This document shows, in pieces, positions 20,783-30,809 of a stretch of DNA of 64,000 nucleotides (positions are counted from its first letter, which is position 1; the number at the start of each line of letters is the position of its first letter). Made by a program: the position numbers and the translations under genes. The stretch covers positions 3,100,001 to 3,164,000 of the forward strand of contig UYFQ01000001.1 of assembly GCA_900617105.1 (NCBI GenBank), written 5' to 3'. The notes beneath the pieces are model-generated. The model saw only the letters and a program-made list of their open reading frames with translations, had not been told where the DNA came from and ran no database searches. Source of the stretch: Hydrurus foetidus. Lineage: Eukaryota.

Positions 20783-22803
20783 TGTGAATCCGATGAGGTT
20801 AACAAGCGGGAAACATGAGCGTGCAATATTTCAGGTGAGACTTCAGACGCAGCAATGGGTACACCGGCGTTTAATCCCACCCGGGTCAACAAGCCCCGCC
20901 GAAAAGGCCGGATCATGGCCACTTGCTGGTTGTTAACGCTTTCAACCCGGCTGAAATACGAGCCCCACAAATTGGTTAACGCCATCGGGATTACCGGGGC
21001 GTTCACACCATCACGTTTGGCGTTTTCCAAAATTTTCATGATGCCGGCCTTGAAGGGCTGTAGCTCGCCATCTTTGGTGATGCCGCCTTCAGGGAAGATG
21101 GCCAGCAAATCACCGTCCCGCAGTACTTTGGCAGCAGCGTCAAACGCGGCTTCGTACATGGCTGGGTCTTCTGCGCGCGGCGCAATTGGTATGGCTTTGA
21201 CCAGTCTGAAGAACCAGCCCAGCACTGGCATTTTAAAAATGCGGTGGTCCATCACAAAGTAAATAGGCCGGGGGCTGGCCGCCATCAGCAGCACCGGGTC
21301 AACAAAGCTCACGTGGTTGCAAGTCAATATCGCTGCGCCTTGGGTGGGCAAGTTGTGGTCACCAGTAACTTTAAAGCGGTACACGCAGCGCGAAAGCATG
21401 AAGGCGACAAAGCGCAGCAAATATTCAGGCACCAGCATGAAAATATAAAACGCCACCACAGCATTGGCCAGGCCGACGAATAAAAATATCTGCGGAATGG
21501 TGAACTCGGCTTTGAGCAATGCTCCCGCCAAAATGGCGCTGACGATCATGAACAGCGCATTCAAAATATTGTTCGCTGCAATGATTCGGGCGCGGTGGGT
21601 GGGTTGGCTGCGCAGCTGAATTAGCGCGTACATAGGCACACTGTACAAACCGGCGAACAAGCTCAGCAGCGCAAGGTCAGCCATGACGCGCCAATGTGCT
21701 GATTGACCCAGGAAAGTGCCCAGGCTCATCACGCTTGAAGCAGGCAAGCCGCGCGACGCAAAGTACAAGTCGATCGCAAACACGCTCATGCCGATAGCGC
21801 CTAGCGGCACCAAGCCAATCTCAACATGGCGCTTGCTCAGCGTTTCGCACAGCAGCGAACCAGTAGCGATACCGATTGAAAACACCACCAGCAGCAGCGA
21901 CGCAACGCGTGCATCACCGTGCAGTGTTTCTTTGGCAAAGCTCGGGAACTGGCTTAAGAAAACCGCGCCAAAAAACCACATCCAGCTGATGCCCAGCATA
22001 GAGCGAAACACCACGATGTTTTCTTTGGCTAGCTTCAGGTTTTTCAGCGTTTCAGTGATCGGGTTCCAGTTGATTCGTAAGCCCGGGTCAGTGGCGGGTG
22101 CCAGCGGAATGTCCTGCGCTACTGCACGCCCAGCCAGTGCCAGCGCCACGCAGGCTACCGCTACGTAGGTGGGCCCTACGGAGGGCAGCGCCACCAGCAA
22201 GCCGCCCACAATATTGCCCAACAAGATGGCCACAAAGGTACCCATCTCCACCATGCCGTTGCCGCCGGTAAGTTCGCGCTCGCTCAGCGCTTGCGGCAAA
22301 TAGGCAAACTTAACCGGGCCAAACAGGGTGGAATGCAAACCCATTAAAAAAGTGCATGCCAGCAGCACCGGCACTTGCACGTCAACGTTGTTGCTCATGA
22401 AGCCTGCGGCGGCCACCAGCATGATGACGATTTCGAGATTTTTAACGAAGCGAATGACTCGCGTTTTTTCATATTTGTCTGTCAGCTGCCCGCTGGTGGC
22501 CGAGAACAACAAGAACGGCAATATAAACAGCGCACCAATCACCAGCCCGGCCAGCGCGGGTGGCAACCAGCTCACGCTGAGCTGGTAAGTCACCATCACG
22601 GTGAAGGCAAACTTGAACAGGTTGTCGTTGGCCGCGCCTGAAAACTGCGTCCAGAAAAACGGGGCAAACCGCCGTTGCCCCAGCAGTGCGAACTGGTTGG
22701 GATGTGGGTGCGGGTTTGATGCATCGGGCAGTGCCTCTGCGGTCGTTGCGGTGGTTACAGTGTTCATAGACATGCTCGAATCCTGGTAATTATTTTTCTG
22801 CAT
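20779..22803 (-). CDS. MFS transporter (LplT-like) fused to a PlsC-type acyltransferase; start uncertain
   Basis: FFWTQFSGAANDN, FGPVKFAYLP, NHVSFVD, IFPEG. Confidence 0.9.
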   Translation of the reverse strand: MQKNNYQDSSMSMNTVTTATTAEALPDASNPHPHPNQFALLGQRRFAPFFWTQFSGAANDNLFKFAFTVMVTYQLSVSWLPPALAGLVIGALFILPFLLFSATSGQLTDKYEKTRVIRFVKNLEIVIMLVAAAGFMSNNVDVQVPVLLACTFLMGLHSTLFGPVKFAYLPQALSERELTGGNGMVEMGTFVAILLGNIVGGLLVALPSVGPTYVAVACVALALAGRAVAQDIPLAPATDPGLRINWNPITETLKNLKLAKENIVVFRSMLGISWMWFFGAVFLSQFPSFAKETLHGDARVASLLLVVFSIGIATGSLLCETLSKRHVEIGLVPLGAIGMSVFAIDLYFASRGLPASSVMSLGTFLGQSAHWRVMADLALLSLFAGLYSVPMYALIQLRSQPTHRARIIAANNILNALFMIVSAILAGALLKAEFTIPQIFLFVGLANAVVAFYIFMLVPEYLLRFVAFMLSRCVYRFKVTGDHNLPTQGAAILTCNHVSFVDPVLLMAASPRPIYFVMDHRIFKMPVLGWFFRLVKAIPIAPRAEDPAMYEAAFDAAAKVLRDGDLLAIFPEGGITKDGELQPFKAGIMKILENAKRDGVNAPVIPMALTNLWGSYFSRVESVNNQQVAMIRPFRRGLLTRVGLNAGVPIAASEVSPEILHAHVSRLLTSSDSQ

Positions 22804-22818
22804 TGTTGTGGGTGACCA

Positions 22819-23658
22819 TCACATGGCGGTAGTGTCAATATTCGCTGACTGGATTCTGCCCGGCTTTTTAAGCGGTGCAAAAGAGTGTTCAAAGGCCACT
22901 GCAGTTGCAGATCGAATCGCCGCAAGAACAGGCCATGCCGCCAGGCTGGCCACCAGGTGCTTCAGGCTGTGGCCCGACACCATTTCGGCAGTCAAGGCGT
23001 ACACCTCGTGGTCAGCCGCTTCAAACAGCTTGGCAAAGGCGTAGACCGCTATCACCACGTCCCAGCGCACAGCCAGCGCCCCCGATAAACGTGGCAAGGT
23101 AGCCATCAACAAAATCAGCCCCATGCCGCCGAACTGAATCACCAGCCAAGGCAAGACGTTGCCTGATGCCAGCCAAACCCAAATGCTTAACGGGCCGAGC
23201 AGCAATACCGCGCCAGCAGTCGTCGCACCGGCTCTGTGGCTAATGTGGCCAGCGACAGCCAGGCCCAGCAACCCGGCAAATGCAAGCACCATGCCCAAGC
23301 GGTCAACGCCCAGGCCCGCATCATCAGGCCGCAAGTGGTACCACGTCGAAGCCGCCGCCGTGCAAACCAGCCCCGCGAAAAACAACGCCGCCAGCGCGTG
23401 TTCGGCAGTAACCCGTACGCGTTGAAGCAGGCTGTACACGCTGCAAAGTCCGGCCACGCCTCCTGCTGCAAAGGCAATGTTGCTCAACACGTCCATCGCG
23501 TTCGGCACGCTGAACCACCGGCGAGCATCAGCAAAAGCATGCTGATGTGAAGGTTGCGCAATGTCCGGGCCGAAGACGGCCAGCATCAACAGCGCTGCGG
23601 CAACGGCCAGCAGCATTTGCTCGAGTTGTTTCGTTTTAAAACTCAGTGAGTTCGGCAT
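22819..23658 (-). CDS. Integral membrane protein, ceramidase/CREST-like
   Basis: FADAR..PNAMDVLSN, STWYH..PDD, DRL, SGHSLKHL. Confidence 0.7.
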   Translation of the reverse strand: MPNSLSFKTKQLEQMLLAVAAALLMLAVFGPDIAQPSHQHAFADARRWFSVPNAMDVLSNIAFAAGGVAGLCSVYSLLQRVRVTAEHALAALFFAGLVCTAAASTWYHLRPDDAGLGVDRLGMVLAFAGLLGLAVAGHISHRAGATTAGAVLLLGPLSIWVWLASGNVLPWLVIQFGGMGLILLMATLPRLSGALAVRWDVVIAVYAFAKLFEAADHEVYALTAEMVSGHSLKHLVASLAAWPVLAAIRSATAVAFEHSFAPLKKPGRIQSANIDTTAM

Positions 23659-23773
23659 AGTTGCTTTCTAGGGAATCGAAAATTGCAAGAAGTGAAAGAA
23701 GTGCGGGAAGTGTCTGGGGCGTGGCCTTCGTCACAGTTAGATAAAGCGACTGCACCGTAATAGAATGCTGAAA

Positions 23774-23790
23774 GTATCGAAATACGATAC
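23774..23790. promoter_or_regulatory. Palindromic operator between the ceramidase-like gene and the XRE regulator
   Basis: GTATCG-AAATA-CGATAC, 30 bp upstream of the regulator ATG. Confidence 0.6.
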
Positions 23791-23819
23791 CTTTGTTGGT
23801 TTTGACCCAGGAGTAATCA

Positions 23820-24551
23820 ATGAGTACCAGCGCCGATTTGGTGGCGGCCGTTAAAGCAGAGCTCAAAGCCGCGCAAATGACTTATGCAGACCTGGCGATG
23901 GCTTTAGGCATGGCCGAGTCAAGCGTGAAGCGCATGCTGTCAAAAGGCGACATGCCGCTGTCGCGCATTGACGAGATCTGCCGGGCGCTAAAAATGGACT
24001 TTGCCGAGCTGGCCAAGCGCGTGGCAGACATGCAGCCCCTGCTGGCCGGCCTGACTGAACAGCAAGAAAAAGCTGTGGTCGCCGACAAAAAACTGCTGCT
24101 GACCGCCATCTGTGTGTTGTCGCAATGGACGCTAGAGCAAATTATCAGCAGCTACCGGCTGACCGAGGCCGAATGCATCAAGTGCTTTGTGCAACTTGAC
24201 CGCATCGGCATCATCGAGCTCAAGCCCCTGAACCGCTACCGCCTGAAACTGGCCAAAACATTTCGCTGGAGGCCACATGGCGCCATGATGAATTATTTTC
24301 GTGAAAACGCTTTGCTTGACTACTACTCAGGCGGCTTTGCGGGAGAGGGCGAGTGCCTGCAGCTGGTGCATGGCTCGATCAGCCGCGGGCTGGCGCCGTC
24401 GTTTGTTGAGCGCATCCAGCGCGTGGCGCAAGACTTTGCGCAGCAACATCAGGCAGATCAAAAGCTCAACCCCAAAGAGCTGGGCGGCTTCACCCTGGTG
24501 CTGGGTATGCGCAGCTGGGAATTTCAGGCTTTTGTTGCACTACGTAAATGA
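23820..24551 (+). CDS. XRE-family HTH transcriptional regulator
   Basis: MTYADLAMALGMAESSVKRMLS HTH; GGAG RBS. Confidence 0.88.
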   Translation: MSTSADLVAAVKAELKAAQMTYADLAMALGMAESSVKRMLSKGDMPLSRIDEICRALKMDFAELAKRVADMQPLLAGLTEQQEKAVVADKKLLLTAICVLSQWTLEQIISSYRLTEAECIKCFVQLDRIGIIELKPLNRYRLKLAKTFRWRPHGAMMNYFRENALLDYYSGGFAGEGECLQLVHGSISRGLAPSFVERIQRVAQDFAQQHQADQKLNPKELGGFTLVLGMRSWEFQAFVALRK

Positions 24552-24793
24552 CCCCCCTATCGTCAGCTCACTTCGTGTAGCTTCCTTTTCCCCTACAGGG
24601 GACTGAGAACCTAGGCTCACCCCTATCGTTGCGCACTCTGCGTGTAGCTTCCTTTTCCCCTTGCAGGGGACTGCGCCTACGGCCTGATTAATTTGGCACA
24701 CCCCCGTTGTTGCTCACTTCGTGTAGCTTCCCTTCCCCCTTGCAGGGGGCTGCGCCTGCCGACTGGCAAAGCCAGATCTGCGGCCCATGCTTG
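24551..24793 (+). repeat. Family B REP-like element, three tandem units
   Basis: Three copies of GC(T/G)CACT..CGTGTAGCTTCC..CCCCT(T)(A/G)CAGGGG, ending CTGGCAAAGCCAGATCTGCGGCCCATGCTTGAA. Confidence 0.88.
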
Positions 24794-24807
24794 AACCGAC
24801 ACGATGT

Positions 24808-26100
24808 TTACGAAGGATTAGTTTCTTGTGCGGTGAAAACAGTCAGCACCCCGGTGTAGCCATACAGATGGTGGCGGGCGATTTCGCCGCCTGCAAAGAA
24901 GCCGACCAGCGGCACGTCGCCCAGTGCGCGGCGAATGATTTGCAGCTCGGCGCTGGGTGCGCCAAAGTGGGGGCCGCCGCGACCGGCGCAGCTGACGTAA
25001 ATCGCGCCTGCAATGCGGCGTGCGGGGTGGGGGGCTGATTCAGCCTCGGGTGCGCTCAAGGCGCTGGCTACTTCTAGTGCCAGCTCTTCGGGTTCTAGTT
25101 CTTCGCGGATTTCTGCGCACACGCGAATCAAGTCGGCTCGAGCGGCCTGGCTGTTGCGCTCGCAAAACGCCAGCGTGGTGCCGACAGTGGGTGCGTCTGC
25201 AATCGCAATGCCTCGGCGTGCAGGGTCAAGGCCAATGATGTGGCGCACCAGTACGTCTGCGCCAAACTGACCGGGGTGCTTCATGCGGCTGTCGTTCAAG
25301 CCGCCTTCAGGGCTGCTCAGGCCAACCAGCGTGGCGCGGACTTTTTCGAGCGCTTCGCGCGGCTGTTCCAGCGTCACGTTCAGGTCGGCCAGCATCACGT
25401 CTAGCGCGCTTTCGCCGTCAAGTTCAGTGACCACGTTGCCATCGCAAGCGGTAATCACTCGCGCTTTAGACACCGGCTGGCAGCCCTGCGTGACGCGTGA
25501 CATCAATGCCGCACCCTGGCCAAAAGCCACCCCACTCAGGCCGCCGCTGAACACGCCGCTGGCTGCGCCATGGCCTTTGACGTTGCCGTTGCCACTGAGC
25601 GCAAATTGCACTGTATTGCTGCGGCTCGACGCGAGTCCGCCAAACACATAGCCACTGGCTGTGCGCTGGGCCATTTCGTCGATTAATTCGGCGACGTCAG
25701 GTGTGCCAGAGTCCGCATGCACAAGTGCGGTGTGCGCCGTGAACAAACCCTTTGCAGCAGCTGGAAGCGGCGACACGCCAGAAAACACACGGTACTGGTC
25801 TTGCGGCAATTCGCACAGCATGACGGCCATGGCGGGCTCGTCAAAGTACTCGACGTTGTTCGATGCAATGCCCACGCCAACGGTGCCGCTCCAGTCGGTA
25901 ATTTCAGGCAGCTCAGCGCTCAAGTGGTCAAGAATGTCTTGCGCCTGCGAGGCGTACCGGTCGGTGATGTACAGCAGCGCCAATGTGGGCGCATCGGCGT
26001 AGTCGGGCAGAGCCATGTGCGCGCGCAATTGCGCCAGCACCAGCGCCGCCGCCATGGGCCACTGGGGGTGCGTGGCGTGACCGTAGGGAAAAAGCTTCAT
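24808..26100 (-). CDS. FIST signal transduction protein
   Basis: MKLFPYGHA, VFGGLAS, VTQGCQP, YVSCAGRG, LVGFFAGGEI, LYGYT. Confidence 0.88.
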   Translation of the reverse strand: MKLFPYGHATHPQWPMAAALVLAQLRAHMALPDYADAPTLALLYITDRYASQAQDILDHLSAELPEITDWSGTVGVGIASNNVEYFDEPAMAVMLCELPQDQYRVFSGVSPLPAAAKGLFTAHTALVHADSGTPDVAELIDEMAQRTASGYVFGGLASSRSNTVQFALSGNGNVKGHGAASGVFSGGLSGVAFGQGAALMSRVTQGCQPVSKARVITACDGNVVTELDGESALDVMLADLNVTLEQPREALEKVRATLVGLSSPEGGLNDSRMKHPGQFGADVLVRHIIGLDPARRGIAIADAPTVGTTLAFCERNSQAARADLIRVCAEIREELEPEELALEVASALSAPEAESAPHPARRIAGAIYVSCAGRGGPHFGAPSAELQIIRRALGDVPLVGFFAGGEIARHHLYGYTGVLTVFTAQETNPS

Positions 26101-26116
26101 GGGCATTTGCACAACT

Positions 26117-26944
26117 TCATTTTGAGCCGCTGGTCTTGCGCGTTGTTTTAGCGGCGGCACGCTTAGGCGCGGGCTTTTTAGAGGCAACGGGCGTAGGCCA
26201 AGCCTGGCGGGTGCGCAGCGCGCTGTTCATGGCGGCTTTTGCGCCGTCTGCAACGGTTTTGCTGGCGCTGCTGGCCATGCCTTTGGCTACATTTTTTGCC
26301 ATGCCGCTGGCGGTTTTCATGGCGTCTTTGGCAAGGCCAGTTGTCATGCTTTTAGCGGTGTCGATAGCGGTTTTTTTGGCGGCATCTTTCATTGCGTCAG
26401 CGGCAATGGTTTGAAACTGCTGAGTCAAAGCGCCCCACCATTGCATGGGGTCAACCACCCCGGCTGGAGCCGCCGCATTGGGTTTTGCTTTGGCTTTAGT
26501 CTGTGATGGCGCGGCTCGCTGCGGCACTTCAAGGCCCGCGAAGGTTTTGGCCTTGTCAGCCATGCCCTGCACGCCGCCAGCTACCGTGTCGGCCACCTTG
26601 AGCTTGAACGCATTGGCCACGTCGCCCATGTTGAAGTTCATGCCCTTCAGGGTTGCCAGCGTCATTTTTTGCACTTCAAGCGCTTGAATGGTGGCCTTCA
26701 GTGCGGTTGCATTTTGATCAAGCCAAAACTGCACCGACTTCAACTCGCCAATGCGCTTGTCCAGCTCTTCCACATTGAGCGTGGGTGCCACCCAATTGCC
26801 TAAATTGGGCAACTGCGGAATGCGTTCGGCCGCGGTACCTGCCGCTTGGGTAGCCAGGTTCTGCAAAAAATCAAAACCCGGTACAAACTTGCCGAAGTTA
26901 GAAAACGCATTGCCGTCGCTAGAAGCTTTGTCTGATGAGCTCAT
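26117..26944 (-). CDS. phaM: PhaM-family PHA granule/nucleoid-associated protein
   Basis: PTLNVEELDKRIGELKSVQFWLDQN..LEVQKMTLATL, WWGALTQQF, Lys/Ala/Pro-rich tail. Confidence 0.82.
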   Translation of the reverse strand: MSSSDKASSDGNAFSNFGKFVPGFDFLQNLATQAAGTAAERIPQLPNLGNWVAPTLNVEELDKRIGELKSVQFWLDQNATALKATIQALEVQKMTLATLKGMNFNMGDVANAFKLKVADTVAGGVQGMADKAKTFAGLEVPQRAAPSQTKAKAKPNAAAPAGVVDPMQWWGALTQQFQTIAADAMKDAAKKTAIDTAKSMTTGLAKDAMKTASGMAKNVAKGMASSASKTVADGAKAAMNSALRTRQAWPTPVASKKPAPKRAAAKTTRKTSGSK

Positions 26945-27067
26945 GGTGGTCTCCGATTTTTAATTTAGTTTTTTGCAGTGGGTGTGCCAGTTGTTATTGT
27001 GCAGCGCTAGCGCCGCGCGTCAACCCGTAGCTTGCCGATGGGCCTGAATACTGACATTTAATCCAGA

Positions 27068-27131
27068 ATCTATGATGTTTAGGGCTTTTAACGAATAAAT
27101 ACGGGCGCGGGCAGCTACGCTAATAATAGCA
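27068..27131 (-). repeat. Family A motif
   Basis: rc TGCTATTATTAGCGTAGCTGCCCGCGCCCGTATTTATTCGTTAAAGCCC. Confidence 0.85.
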
Positions 27132-27169
27132 AAAGTGTGGCTTTTGGGTGTTGGCCGTTTAGACAACGT

Positions 27170-28102
27170 TTAGACAAAAAACTCTGCCAGGGCCTTGGCG
27201 GTTTGCACCGGCAACTCTTCAGGAATGAAATGCCCAGCCGCCATGGCCTGGCCGCTAACCGCCGCGCTGCATTGCGCACGCCACAGTGTCATCGGGTCAA
27301 ACAAGCGCTGCACCACACCACGCGCTCCCCACAGCACCCGTAAATCGCACGTAATTTTTTCGCCTTGCTCGCGGCTGGTGCGGTCGTGCGTCAAATCGAT
27401 GGTGGCGCTGGCGCGGTAATCTTCACAGGCGGCGTGAAGCGCTTCCGGGTTACAAAAGCAGCGTTCGTATTCTTTAAGTGCTTGCGGCTCGATGTAGCCT
27501 AGCCCGGCGCTGCCCCAGCCGCCCAGCTTGGCGTGCAGGTAGGCAATCGACGTTTCAAGGTGGTTGGCGCCCATCATGATTTCGGGCAACGGCGCAGGTT
27601 GCAGCATGGCAAACCAGTGGTAGTAGGCCTTGGCAAACTCCATGTACGGCGCGGTCAAGCTGGTGCCTTCGTACATGTCAAGCGTGGGGGCAATGTCAAT
27701 CACACACAGCTTTTTAACGCGAGCCGGGTAGTCCAGTGCCAGCCGATGCGCTACGCGCCCGCCCCGGTCGTGGCCGCATAGATAAAAACCGTCAATACCC
27801 AGCGCGCCCATGACCAACGCCATGTCGTGAGCCATATTGCGCTTGCTGTAATTGCTGTGGTCAGGCAGGCCAGGCGTTTTTGATGAATCGCCGTAGCCAC
27901 GCAGGTCGGGCAGCACCAAAAAGTACTGCTGCTCAAGCTGCTGGGCGACGCGGTGCCACATCACGTGCGACTGCGGAAATCCGTGCAGCAGCAGCAAAGG
28001 CGGCTTTTGCACTGCGCCCAGCACGGTTGTAGACACCCGCGCGTTGATGGTTGCGCCATTAACTTCAAAGCTGCGTTGTTCAAAATTATCAAACCAAGTC
28101 AT
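27170..28102 (-). CDS. Alpha/beta hydrolase, fluoroacetate/haloacetate dehalogenase-like
   Basis: LLHGFPQ, GHDRGGRVAHR, YYHWF, CEDYRA, GHFIPEE. Confidence 0.88.
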   Translation of the reverse strand: MTWFDNFEQRSFEVNGATINARVSTTVLGAVQKPPLLLLHGFPQSHVMWHRVAQQLEQQYFLVLPDLRGYGDSSKTPGLPDHSNYSKRNMAHDMALVMGALGIDGFYLCGHDRGGRVAHRLALDYPARVKKLCVIDIAPTLDMYEGTSLTAPYMEFAKAYYHWFAMLQPAPLPEIMMGANHLETSIAYLHAKLGGWGSAGLGYIEPQALKEYERCFCNPEALHAACEDYRASATIDLTHDRTSREQGEKITCDLRVLWGARGVVQRLFDPMTLWRAQCSAAVSGQAMAAGHFIPEELPVQTAKALAEFFV

Positions 28103-28103
28103 G

Positions 28104-28604
28104 TCAATTCCTCTCAGGTTTTTTTGCTGATAAAAACCGCTGCAGATTGGCGGCTGCAGTTGTTCTTACTTTGTTGCGCAAGAACAGTGTCCACCCCACA
28201 AGCAGGCCGGGCGCGCCCAGCGCTTGGCGCGACCAGTTCCAAAAATTAAAACTGTCGCCGTGCCGGGTAATCAGGCCTTGGTCATTGAACTCAAACACGC
28301 CATCAATCGAGTTGTGTACCAAGCGGTTGGTGGCGCTGAAGCGGTAGTCAGCTTCCCAGTGCGCCTTGCCGGTTTTGGCATCGGCTTCAATGCCGCTGCA
28401 TTTCAGCTTCCAGTCGGCCAGCGCCCGGGCTTGGGTGGTTTCACACAGCATGCGCCACATGCCCATGACTTGCGCGTGCCCGCGCAGCGAAAAAGCCTCA
28501 TCATCAAACTGCGCATCAGGCGCGTAGCAGGTGGCCATGGTGTCTGAATCAAGCCGCGCAAAGGCGGCATAAAACTTTTCTAGCATCATCTGGTTGGGGT
28601 GCAT
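28104..28604 (-). CDS. SnoaL/NTF2-family protein
   Basis: FYAAFARLD..M..CYAPDAQF.D, AHWEADYRFS. Confidence 0.85.
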   Translation of the reverse strand: MHPNQMMLEKFYAAFARLDSDTMATCYAPDAQFDDEAFSLRGHAQVMGMWRMLCETTQARALADWKLKCSGIEADAKTGKAHWEADYRFSATNRLVHNSIDGVFEFNDQGLITRHGDSFNFWNWSRQALGAPGLLVGWTLFLRNKVRTTAAANLQRFLSAKKPERN

Positions 28605-28619
28605 GATGAATCCCAATTT

Positions 28620-29516
28620 TTAAGTTGTGGGCAGCAGGGCTTGGGCAATGTTGTCGCCAAGGAAATCGTACACCGCCCTTATACGCTTGCTTCCGCGTAT
28701 CTCACGGTGAACCGCCAGCCAGACCGGCAGCGCAGGTATTTTCAACATGGGCAACAGCGGCACCACATCAACATCAGTGCGCGCCAGGTAGTCGGCAATA
28801 AAACCGATGCCTACGCCGCTCTTTACCGCGTGCCAGTGCGCCATCAAGTCGTCTGTGCGAAACGCAAACTGGTCTTTTGTGACCGGGTAGCCCATTTTGG
28901 TGAATCCGCGAATGATGTCTTCGTTTTTATCGCTGCCAATTAAAGCGTGTTTCAGAAGCTCGGGTGGCTGGCGGGGTGTGCCGGCACGCTTTAAATAGTC
29001 TCGGTGTGCGTAGGTGCCAATCGTCACCTTGCCAATTCGCTTGACCACCAGGCTGGTTTGGTCAGGTTGCACCATGCGCACCGCAATGTCGGCTTCACGC
29101 CTGAGCAAGTTGCTGACTTCGTTGCTGGACACCAGTTCAATTTGAATGCCTGGTAGCTTGCGCTGCAACTGCATCAAAAGCGGCGGCAGCAAAACGCACG
29201 CCACCGTCTGGCTGGCGGAAATGCGCACGGTGCCGCTTACCGATTCGTCAATGCTTGAAACGCTGCGCTGCAATTGGTGGGCACCCGCCTCCATGACCCT
29301 GGCTGCATCGGCTAGACGTAGCGCCATTTCCAGCGGTTTGAGGCCGCGCCCCGTGCGCTCAAAAAGAGCAATACCCAACTGAAATTCCAGCTCTGCAATG
29401 TGCCGGCCAATCGTCGGCTGACTGGATTTAAGCGCCCGCGCCGCGCCGAGCAGGCTGCCGTGCTCCAGCGCCGCTAGAAATGATCGAACCAGTGTCCAGT
29501 CGAATGAGCTATTCAT
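28620..29516 (-). CDS. LysR-family regulator
   Basis: GSLLGAARAL..SQPTIGRHIAELE..LG..LFER. Confidence 0.93.
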   Translation of the reverse strand: MNSSFDWTLVRSFLAALEHGSLLGAARALKSSQPTIGRHIAELEFQLGIALFERTGRGLKPLEMALRLADAARVMEAGAHQLQRSVSSIDESVSGTVRISASQTVACVLLPPLLMQLQRKLPGIQIELVSSNEVSNLLRREADIAVRMVQPDQTSLVVKRIGKVTIGTYAHRDYLKRAGTPRQPPELLKHALIGSDKNEDIIRGFTKMGYPVTKDQFAFRTDDLMAHWHAVKSGVGIGFIADYLARTDVDVVPLLPMLKIPALPVWLAVHREIRGSKRIRAVYDFLGDNIAQALLPTT

Positions 29517-29609
29517 TTATGTAATTCAGATATGAAGTGATAAGCAATTGTGTAGTGAGCAGAATTTTTTCACAATTGCCTTTGTCACATTTTTATTCAG
29601 GAGCGTTTT

Positions 29610-30809
29610 ATGAATCGTCGTCAGTTCATTCGCGTCATCGGCGGGGGCGGCATCCTTGCGGCCACTGTGGTCAGCCAGTCGGGATGCACTGAGTTGTCAA
29701 GCAACCTGCCGTCTAGCGCCATTGAGGCCTGGCAAGGCCCGTCTGCCCTTGAGGCCGACCCGCGCCGTAGCGCTTTGGCCTACGCTATCACCGCCCCCAA
29801 TCCGCACAACCTGCAGCCTTGGCTGGTGGAATTGCGCGAGCCAAATGCCATCACGGTGTACACCGACCGCGAGCGTGTGCTGCCTGAGACCGACCCCTTT
29901 GGCAGGCAAATATTGATCGGCCACGGCGCATTTTTAGAACTGCTGGTCATGGCACTGGCTAGCCACGGTTTGGCTGCGCAAGTGGCGCTGTGGCCGCAGG
30001 GTGACATGCCCGTTAACCTCAAAGACTGGGACCGCCGGCCGATTGCGCGAATCGCTGTGAGGCCTGCCGCCCTTGCAGGCACTGAAGATGCCTTGTTCAA
30101 GCAAATTCTGAACCGCCGCACAACCAAGACTGACTTCGACATTGCCCGCATGGTTAGCCCCGCCGCACTGCAAACACTAGTCAGCAGCGTCGACGGCCGC
30201 TCTGGTGTTCGAACAGCTGGGGTGGTGGATACGGCGCGGCTGGAGCCGCTGCGCGAACTGTGCTGGCAGTCGGCCAAAGTGGAACTGCTCACGCCGCGCA
30301 CCATGATGGAAAGCATTAAGCTGATTCGCGTTGGGCCCGATGAAATTTTGCAGCACCGTGATGGCATCTCAATCAACAGCCTGTTTGTGCGGGCGGTCAG
30401 CGCCGTCGGGCTGTTTGACCGCAGAACCCCGCCAGCTGAAGGCAGTACCGGCTACAAAAACGCCATGGCCCGGTTTGAAGGCCACAGCCGCAGCGCGATG
30501 GGGTTTGTCTGGCTCAGTACGCCTGGCAACAGCCGCAGCCAGCAAATAGAAGCTGGCCGCGCTTATGTGCGCATGCAGCTCAAGGCCACCGAAATCGGTG
30601 TTGGCATACACCCCATGAGCCAAGCGCTGCAAGAGTTTGCCGAGATGAAACCGTTTTACGACAAGGCGCATCAGCTGATGCTTGCAAAACCAGCACCCCA
30701 AGCACCAAACGATGAGACGCTGCAAATGTTTTGCCGGCTGGGTTACTCGGCTGCTGCAGAGCCCGCCTCACCAAGACGGCCATTGGAAAAGTTCACGCTA
30801 ACGAGCTGA
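29610..30809 (+). CDS. Acg-family nitroreductase-like protein with a Tat signal
   Basis: MNRRQFI, APNPHNLQPW, LPETDPFGRQ, AGRAYVR, SPRRP. Confidence 0.82.
   Translation: MNRRQFIRVIGGGGILAATVVSQSGCTELSSNLPSSAIEAWQGPSALEADPRRSALAYAITAPNPHNLQPWLVELREPNAITVYTDRERVLPETDPFGRQILIGHGAFLELLVMALASHGLAAQVALWPQGDMPVNLKDWDRRPIARIAVRPAALAGTEDALFKQILNRRTTKTDFDIARMVSPAALQTLVSSVDGRSGVRTAGVVDTARLEPLRELCWQSAKVELLTPRTMMESIKLIRVGPDEILQHRDGISINSLFVRAVSAVGLFDRRTPPAEGSTGYKNAMARFEGHSRSAMGFVWLSTPGNSRSQQIEAGRAYVRMQLKATEIGVGIHPMSQALQEFAEMKPFYDKAHQLMLAKPAPQAPNDETLQMFCRLGYSAAAEPASPRRPLEKFTLTS

Noticed and set aside
24551..24793. Three tandem repeats resembling a mini CRISPR array
   Set aside because: The units are degenerate, the spacers are short and uneven, the same unit is dispersed at other intergenic sites, and no cas genes are present.
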